From assembly GCA_964016885.1 (NCBI GenBank), contig OZ024744.1:25544001-25608000 (forward strand): 64,000 nucleotides of DNA, read 5' to 3'. This stretch comes from Eledone cirrhosa. Its lineage: Eukaryota. Positions 55,150-64,000 of the stretch are shown in pieces; position 1 is the first letter of the stretch, and each line of letters starts with the position of its first letter. Both the position numbers and the translations under genes were made by a program. Under the pieces are notes generated by a model. The model searched no databases. It was given only the letters and a program-made list of their open reading frames with translations, and was not told the DNA's origin.

Positions 55150-55354
55150 GTGGTTAATACCTAGAAGGTTTAAATGACCAGCGTGTATATTATTTTATTT
55201 TAAGATGACCTCCCTTTACCCTTTTGGGGACAGCGTGTATTTTATCTTTGAGAGGACTGCTTGATTTTCTAATCTACCAGTCTCTTAGCGCTGAGGGAGA
55301 CCATCACCATTCTATTAATATCGATATAATTCTTATATCGATATTATTTGGGCA

Positions 55355-55478
55355 TCCACTGATGAGTTTATACGAGCCCGCTTGTGTATAAAACTATGGA
55401 ATATATACAAGTTTCTACATAACCTGGGAATTATTTATACCAAATTGTAGAAATCTTATAACGAAACGGCCGTCTGGA
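55355..55478 (+). ncRNA. Type I hammerhead ribozyme with a branched stem II
   Basis: UCCA-CUGAUGA-GUUUAUA...UAUAAC-GAAAC-GGCC-GUC^UGGA. Two hairpins inside loop II. Confidence 0.8.
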
Positions 55479-55498
55479 AGGAAAGAGATATTTATTTA

Positions 55499-55687
55499 AT
55501 AATTGTTTCTACTTTAGGCACAAGGCCAGCAAATCACCAGTGCATTACTGGTACTTTATTTTATCGACCCCGTAAGGATGAAAGACAAAGTCAACCTCGG
55601 CGGGATTTGAACTCAGATCATAAAGGGACGTAACTATGCTGGAAAGCATGGCGTCCGACCCTCTACCAATACTGTCAATCCACCACC
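55499..55687 (-). mobile_element. tRNA-derived SINE
   Basis: Same family as 25172-25359. Confidence 0.85.
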
Positions 55688-55863
55688 TGATATTTATTTA
55701 ATAATGTCTCATATAAAATAATACAACCAACTATCCACGAAATACTGATTAGTTAGCACCCCAAACACTAGATTAGGATAATACTTAGGTATATCCTAAT
55801 GTTTGTTGAGTGAGATGGGGCTGGTCGGAGTATCGGTTAAGGCTTTCTCTGTTTATGTATTGA

Positions 55864-55912
<49 letters not shown>

Positions 55913-56217
55913 ATATATACATACATGCATATATAGGCACAAGTGTATAGACACACTACTCTGCAAAAACATTCATACACGAACACACACACACACATAC
56001 ACACATATATATATATACGAAATGATACGGAGACGTCACACACATAGAGTTAGACATAAATACAATCACATAAGCAAAACTACAAATAGATAAATGCATG
56101 TATGTGTCCAGTGGAAGTATAAACAGCTTGGAGCATGCAAAAATACAAATGAAAACAGGCAGATAACTACAAACATAAATACATACACGCGCAACCACAT
56201 ATATATAAATATATATA

Positions 56218-56958
56218 TCTGTATATATATAAAGACGAAGTTTTCTGTATGTGTGTGTGGACAACTTTTAATGAGTGCTCATATATTCTAAACCATTCAT
56301 GCGATTTCCTTGAAATTTTTTACAGAGCTTCTCCTTGCACAACACCTGTAGATCATCTACAAAGACTTTCAAAAATCGATATTGGGGTCTTTGGAGACAT
56401 TAAAAAAGTTTCGGTTATTTGTGTCAATTTTCGTGATTAAGTAAGACAAGAGTTATATTTAAGTAAGACAAGAGTTATCTTTCGTAATTCGGCTCATTCG
56501 GATTTTAATTTACTCTTTGTACTTGAAACAAAAGGTACGCTTCCTTGAGACTAACAATATCATTTTGTATATTTCACAACCAGCAATTTCTAACATATTA
56601 TTAAGTTAAGTTATAGATTTGACATTGTATAATTTATCGTTTCAAGCATTAAGTGATGTCATCACTTTTACAATATTATGCTTTGTACATAATAGTGTCT
56701 ATTATTCCCTTCACTTCTCTATTTCATGATGCCCTTCTACTGTTGTCAAAACAATGTATACCTAGACTGGATTTCTGTTGTTACATGGTACAACGGGTGA
56801 CACCGATCTCACATAATTATTTCGCTGGAATAGTGCCTAAGGTTTCCATGTTTACATAAAGTACGTTTTTCTTCTATATATTCAAATTTACTTTGTTTAG
56901 TTTAATGAGCTACATCGAAAGTTATTTGAACCGTCCAAAGGACGGGTAGTTTAGCTAG
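56218..56958 (+). mobile_element. Non-autonomous Helitron
   Basis: A|TC start. 3' hairpin CCGTCC-AAA-GGACGG 9 nt upstream of CTAG|T. Confidence 0.65.
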
Positions 56959-57543
<585 letters not shown>

Positions 57544-58085
57544 TATATATATATATATACATACATACATACACACTTCTCTAATACCCCGTCCATTATC
57601 ACACCCCCAGATTCCTATCGCTTTCTCTTGATCATTAACACCTTCTCTTACAACTAATACAGGCCGACTCTATATGCTCACTCCACTTTTCCCTTCACTG
57701 CTCTGTATACACATATACACACTCTTATTTTAACATACTTTTGCTCATAGCTTCGTACTTACATGCACACACACTCTTTTACTCACATATACACACACAT
57801 TTCTTCTTAGCTTCGTACGGACGTATAATAACACACACACACACACACAAACTCCTGCTTATCCACGTGCTCAAGCATAGCTCTTTATACAAAAGGATTT
57901 GTTTTCCATTTCAGGTAGACGCCTGCCATTATCTACTTTTCTAAAAAATAAAACATACACAAAACGCCAGCACCAACAGTTTTGCAAGAGATGTCAACAT
58001 GAATGGACCAGTTATTTTTATCTAAAGACATTTTATCCAATTAAAACCCGCCCGTCCCCCCAGTCTATCTTATTTCTCATTCTTT

Positions 58086-58123
58086 CTTCTGATGAAGGAC
58101 TAGCGTCCGAAACGTATATCAAG
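58086..58123 (+). ncRNA. Minimal hammerhead-like motif
   Basis: CUU-CUGAUGA-A-GGAC UAGC GUCC-GAAACGUAUAUC^AAG. Stem III is weak. Confidence 0.6.
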
Positions 58124-58242
58124 CGTCAACCTAATATATCCCCTTCCATATACTCTAGCGATTGTGCTGTTATTTCTGTTATTTCTGCTTACCTTTTACA
58201 TATATAGATATATATATATAGATATACATAAACATACACATG

Positions 58243-58312
<70 letters not shown>

Positions 58313-58409
58313 AAATATAAATAAAAATATATGTGTTCGGTGATTACGAAGCAAAAACGAGTGCTCTAACAGAGCATTAAACATATATAAATATATTTTT
58401 GTTGTTGAA

Positions 58410-59188
58410 ATAATTGTTTCTACTTTAGGCACAATGCCAGCAATTACCCAGTGCATTACTGGTACTTTATTTTATTGACGCCGTAAGAATGAAAGGCAAA
58501 GTTAACCGCGGCCGGATTTGAACTCAGATCGTAAAGGGACGTAACTATGCTGGAAAGCATGGCGTCCGACCCTCTACCGATACTGCCAATCCACCGCCAT
58601 ATTTTGTTGCTGAAATAATGTGATAAATGCAAAGGTAAAACGGGTTCTCCATGTATAGAACAGAGCCGTAAAAAATATTTTGTTGTTGAAAGTATGTGAT
58701 AAAGGTCCAAGTTGGTTAAAATAAGAGAGAGTGTTCAGGAGAAGATGAAGTCAAAAAGTGAATAATATGTAAAATAAGTGTAAAATAAATTAAAATAAAA
58801 TAAGTGTTGAATATATAATTGTTTCTACTATTGGCACAAGGTCAGCAATTACTCAGTACATTACTTGTACTTTTATGTTATCGACGCCGTAAGGATGAAA
58901 GGCAAAGTTAACCTCGGCGGGATTTGAACTCAAAGAGAGATTGTTCAAGGTAAAAGTAAAGGAAAAGAAGAAATGAATAAAATCGGTGTAATATGAAATA
59001 ATTGTTTCTACTTTTTGGCACAAGGCCAGCAATTATCCCAGTACATTACTGGTACTTTATTTTATCGATACCGTAAGGATGAAAGGCAAAGTTAACCTCG
59101 GCGGGAATTGAACTCAGATCGTAAAGGGACGTAACTATGCTGGAAAGCATGGCATCCGACCCTCTACCAATACTGCCAATCCACCGCC
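58410..59188 (-). mobile_element. Cluster of three SINE copies (58410-58598, partial 58816-58933, 58998-59188)
   Basis: Same family as 25172-25359. Confidence 0.85.
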
Positions 59189-59585
59189 TGTAATATAAAA
59201 TAATGGCTTAATATAAGTGTTGAATGTGTGATAAAAGTCCATAGTGTTTAAAGTAAGAAAGAGCGTAATATATGATAAGAGTGTAATATATGAAAAAGAG
59301 TGTAATATATGAAAGGTGTAATATAGGATAAGTGTTGAATGTGTGAAGAGGAGAGAGTGCTCGAGGTGGGTAAGTATCCAAAATGGTATGTGATAACGAG
59401 AAAGGAGGTGAGTTCTTACATGTGGGCATCTCAGAATTAGAGTTAAGACAGGTGCTGACAGATTTCAGATTCTGTAGAATTCTATATTTTATATATATAG
59501 TAATAATAATAAATTTTGAAGACTAAAATCCAAAGAGGGCTCGATAAGGATAAATATATATCAAATATATAAGAACCGTAGAGCA

Positions 59586-59630
<45 letters not shown>

Positions 59631-59770
59631 AAGGTTAAACAAGGTTCAATGAATAAATCAAAGAATAAACTTTTACAATAGATTAGAAGCAGTACAGAGT
59701 TATGGTTTTCCGGAGTTATTAATATTAATTCAAAATATTAACCAAAATAGACATTCGTGTGATCAAGTAT

Positions 59771-59835
59771 ATTTTATTATACATATTTCAGAGGTACTGA
59801 GCTATCTTCAACAGTACGTCATCATCAGATAAAAT
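59771..59835 (-). ncRNA. Type I hammerhead ribozyme inside a small inverted-repeat element (arms 59722-59753 and 59885-59916)
   Basis: Minus strand AUUUUAU-CUGAUGA-UGACGUACUG...CAGUACCUCU-GAAAU-AUGU-AUA^AUAAAAU (7-bp stem I). Confidence 0.8.
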
Positions 59836-60190
59836 AAGATGATGCATGACATACCCTGACTAAGTAGATGGTTAAAAATCAGTGTGTCTATTTTTGTTAA
59901 TATTTTGAATTAATATATATATATTTATATATATATATATAAATAATAATAAATGCGGAGACTAAAATCCAAATTGGGTTTGATAAGGGTGTAGGCAGCG
60001 ATTCTATGCTTAAAATTTAATCTGTTATATATATATATATATATATACAGATAAATCTACCAATCAATGGTAGGGTCTAAACCAAATAAAGAACTCAATG
60101 TAATCCGTATGTAGAAGGTGTCGTGAAGCAAATTTTAAAATACAAACATTTTTATCATTTTATTTCAAATGGATGCAGAGTCAAAATAGA

Positions 60191-60512
60191 AATATTAAAA
60201 CAATGAAATTAAACACAAAACTGTTAATTCATAGTAAAACACATTATTTTACGATCGTTTCTGGGGGGTAGTTCTCTGTATGTTCATTCAATTATAGATC
60301 TATGTAAAACATATTACAAAATATCATAGTGAGAAAAAAATACATACGTCTTCACTACCCGCCGTCTTCAGAAATAATCATATTTTGTAATATGTTTTAC
60401 ATAGATCAATAATTGAATGAACATACAGAGAACTACACCCCAGAAACGATCGTAAAATAATGTGTTTTACTATGAATTAACAGTTTTGTTTTTAATTTCA
60501 TTGTTTTAATAT
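60191..60512. repeat. Fold-back element, about 133-bp arms
   Basis: 60191-60324 is the reverse complement of 60380-60512. Confidence 0.9.
60243..60378 (-). ncRNA. Type I hammerhead ribozyme with a large loop II
   Basis: Minus strand AUUAUUU-CUGAAGA-C GGCGGGUAG...CUACCCCCC A-GAAAC-GAUC-GUA^AAAUAAU. Confidence 0.8.
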
Positions 60513-60534
60513 ATATATATATATAGTCAGTTAT

Positions 60535-61222
60535 ATATTATGGAATACTGTTGGCTTTTCGCTACAATGTTTTCTATACCTTTCATTTATATATTTATAC
60601 TCGGATTTCTTTCCTAGAGTGCTTAAATTATTTGTGACTAATCCCGGTATTTTTTTATAAAAAACCGCGATAATATTGCTTTTTGCTGAACTCCTTACAT
60701 TTGTAGAGTTTTTTTCGGAATGTTTTTTGACTGTTGTTTCTTGTATACAAACATTCGTCTCATTCTGACGTCACCAGCCCTGTCTTTCCTCATGTGCGTT
60801 TTATTTTTCATAATCACGCATGATGGTGAACTAGCCTGTTTTAAAATTCCCTTTTTGGCATATTAATCTGTGAGAATCTTGGTTATCGAGTTGAGCTCTG
60901 CTGAGGATCGAATTCCAACCGTGACCATCTCCACTGAAAGTTTTCGTGAAATAGTCTTTAAGACTATACAGAGCATTTGAAGTTTTTCCAAATTGAAGGA
61001 TGAGTATTTTAAACTTTATTTTATCATGAGTTAAGGCTCTATTGATTTTACCCTGGATTTCACTAAATTCTGTGGATGAATTTATATCCTGATTCTCTTT
61101 GAGATGAGTTTGAATTATTTTCCCATATCTTACGTTAACTATTTTTCCCATTTTGACGACATAGTCGCGTATATGTTATGGAATACTGTTGGCTTTTCGC
61201 TACAATGTTTTCTATACCTTTC

Positions 61223-61230
<8 letters not shown>
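60535..61230 (-). mobile_element. Possible PLE 3' remnant with about 60-bp direct terminal repeats
   Basis: TTATGGAATACTGTTGGCTTTTCGCTACAATGTTTTCTATACCTTTCATTT occurs at about 60538 and 61176. The internal ORF 60831..61151 (FKILIL..ALYSLKDYFTK) weakly resembles a GIY-YIG C-terminus. Confidence 0.4.
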
Positions 61231-61310
<80 letters not shown>

Positions 61311-61429
61311 GTTTGTATACGACTACGGTTGACGTAAATGTGTGCTAGTTAGAAACGTGCTAGGAAGCATATCGATGCGCAAGAGAGGGGGGGGGGGGGG
61401 GGGGGGGGAGAGAACGATAGAAGACTTAA

Positions 61430-61640
61430 TAATGATTTCTACTATAGGCAACAGGCCAGAAATTTTATGGGGAGGGGAAAGTCGATTAAATCGACCTCAG
61501 TGCGTTACAGGTATTTCACTTTATCTACCCCGTAAAGGATGAAAGGTAAAGCTAACCTCGGCGGCATTTGAACTCAGAACATAAAAGGCTCAGAACGGTA
61601 TGCCGCAAAGCATGGTATCCGACGCTCTACCGTGTCTAAC
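61430..61640 (-). mobile_element. tRNA-derived SINE, divergent subfamily
   Basis: Same head and core as the other copies, longer tail. Confidence 0.75.
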
Positions 61641-61975
61641 GTGATATACAGACTAACTGACACAATCACAGGTAGACTGATTGACAGACAGGTAGACTGA
61701 CTAACACGTCGTGAGAGAGGGGGGTGTGGGATGGACAGCGATTGTAGATGAGGGTGGCAGAGACGTAAAGGTCACTGCTATTGAGGTAAAAAAAATATAA
61801 ATGTACGTTCAAAGTAAATGCGAGGTTAGTGGTAATAATGAATATATACATATCACACACACACACACACGCACACACACACACGTGTACATGTGCTGTA
61901 GCACTTAATGACTGCATTAGTCATTATCACAGATCCATACACACGCAGACACGTGCCGATACTTCACATACACAC

Positions 61976-62062
<87 letters not shown>

Positions 62063-62104
62063 TATATATATATATATATATTAATATATATTTATATGTA
62101 TATG

Positions 62105-62171
<67 letters not shown>

Positions 62172-62250
62172 ATATATATATATATTTACACACACGCACA
62201 AACACACGCACAAACACACAAACACACGCACAAACACACGCACAAACACA

Positions 62251-62363
<113 letters not shown>

Positions 62364-62506
62364 CAACGTGTTTAAAATGCCGTTGTATTTTAAACATTGG
62401 GACATTAATTCACTGAGTCCTCAATACAGGAGGGTAGAGTATAGAAATAATTTATTTAAGTAGAAAAGTGGCGGTAATCTTGCTACTTGCCACTGGTACT
62501 TTCTAC

Positions 62507-62545
<39 letters not shown>

Positions 62546-62596
62546 GAAAGAAGCAAATAAGAAAGTTATGAAAATTGACTTACTTACTAAAATTTC

Positions 62597-62675
62597 ATTC
62601 CAACTAATTAGTTTCTATAAGGGGATAAATACAGTTATGTAATACCTGTAGAGAAGCCTTACGTCATCAGGGAGT
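62597..62675 (-). ncRNA. Type I hammerhead ribozyme (left arm)
   Basis: Minus strand ACUCC-CUGAUGA-CGUAAGG...CCUUAUA-GAAAC-UAAUUA-GUU^GGAAU. Confidence 0.75.
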
Positions 62676-62980
62676 CTATTCTCAGCTAAGCCACCAGGCA
62701 ATGCGGGGACACTGGAAACTTATATAACAATAATTCAGTGGATGGAAAAAAGCGAAAAAGGCGAGCGGGGCTAGATTCCAAGCCATTGCAAAATTCACTG
62801 CCTTCTTGGTCAAGTGGCAAATTCAAAAGAATTAATCACGTGACACTGAAGAAGGCAGTGAATTTTTCAGTGGCTTGGAATCTAGCCCCGCTTGCCTTTT
62901 TCGCTTTTTTCCATCCACTGAATTATTGATATATAAGTTTCCAGTGTCTCCGCATTGTCTGGTAACTTAGCTGAGAATAG

Positions 62981-63059
62981 ACTTCCTGATGACGTAAGGC
63001 TTCTCTACAGGTATTACATAACTATATTTATCCCCTTACAGAAACTAATTAGTTGGAGT
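62981..63059 (+). ncRNA. Type I hammerhead ribozyme (right arm)
   Basis: ACUUC-CUGAUGA-C GUAAGG...CCUUAC A-GAAAC-UAAUUA-GUU^GGAGU. Confidence 0.78.
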
Positions 63060-63223
63060 GAAATTTTAGTAAGTAAGTCAATTTTCATAACTTTCTTATT
63101 TACGTCTTTCATATAATTGTTCTGCATTCCCCTGCATAGAACTACAAAGTTACTAAGACAAAACATACATATCTGCTAGCATAGGTATGCATCTGTATAC
63201 TTTTATCGGTAGATATACTAATT

Positions 63224-63282
<59 letters not shown>

Positions 63283-63351
63283 TAAGTTATTTCGGGTTGA
63301 ATCGGAGGTAACCACAGTATGTAAGGTACTCAATACATAGCAGAGTATAAA

Positions 63352-63466
63352 AGTTATAATATAGATGAGATTCTCCAGGACTAGAACTGTTTCATTCTTT
63401 TGAAATCATCATGATGATTTCTAAAGAATGAAACACTTTTAGTCCTGTAGAATCTCATCTATATTA

Positions 63467-63472
<6 letters not shown>
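63352..63472. repeat. Near-perfect hairpin element with a truncated hammerhead at its apex
   Basis: About 60-bp arms. The apex reads GAUGA-UUUC NAAA GAAU-GAAAC on both strands. Confidence 0.8.
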
Positions 63473-63546
<74 letters not shown>

Positions 63547-63550
<4 letters not shown>

Positions 63551-63735
63551 AACGAGTATGAGCTCAAGCCGTTTCGACGACTAATTCTGCACTAAATTTA
63601 GTCCAGAACTAGCCGTCGAAACGGCTTGAGCTCAGCTGTCGGGGTCCTACTCGTTCCTATTACCCACTCTACTACACTAAGTATTGAGTACTTTGGTGCG
63701 TTATAGTCCATCTGGTTCCTTACCACATTTCCTTC
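63547..63735. repeat. Fold-back remnant of the 54048 hammerhead family
   Basis: GAGCTCAAGCCGTTTCGACG..TAAATTTA..CGTCGAAACGGCTTGAGCTC. Lacks the UUGAUAA half. Confidence 0.8.
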
Positions 63736-64000
63736 GTTATATATATATATATATATATATAAACAATGAGTTATATGATTTGTTGATTATTCAACATAGT
63801 TAATTTGCAACAGATTAGAAGCATTCAACGAATTTATCCGGAGTATTATAGTACGCTTTCGTCAGATAAAATACAATAATTGGTGTAAAGATTGTGACAT
63901 ATCTTTATGTGAACTTCATGTTATAAGTTCAGTGAGGATAGTGAAGATATTTTTTTTAAATTCATGGGAAATATGCTAATGAGTATTACGTTAAATGTGT

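Larger units (their letters stand above)
62541..63115. repeat. Fold-back element, about 265-bp arms with about 40-bp spacer
   Basis: 62541-62807 is the reverse complement of 62850-63115. Confidence 0.92.

Overview
Eukaryotic, AT- and microsatellite-rich DNA made almost entirely of mobile elements. No host gene was recognised. The tRNA-derived SINE and the (AT)n/(TAA)n landscape suggest an octopus or other coleoid genome (inference). 1-42 kb is a nest of non-LTR retrotransposons: three Tx1/L1-type families, two R4/Dong-type RLE families, RTE and CRE fragments. The Tx1 and Dong elements sit in (TAA/TTA)n tracts in opposite, clade-specific orientations. 42-64 kb holds a Penelope-like element (RT + GIY-YIG) with inverted pLTRs, non-autonomous Helitrons and SINEs. 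Hand-folding finds about 15 complete type I hammerhead ribozymes plus several partial or degenerate ones, mostly in small (AT)n-flanked or fold-back elements. Two observations stand out. (1) A 594-bp tandem array (3.4 units), with a dispersed relative, carries one hammerhead per unit with a covarying U3-A8 core, making it a retrozyme/circular-RNA candidate. (2) In all three Tx1 families the ORF1 stop codon lies inside a perfect 5' splice site (AG|GTAAGT); family B also has a strong acceptor in its 3' UTR, so ORF2 may sit inside an intron. All RNA structures were paired by eye; none is experimentally or computationally verified. Element boundaries are approximate unless a junction is quoted.
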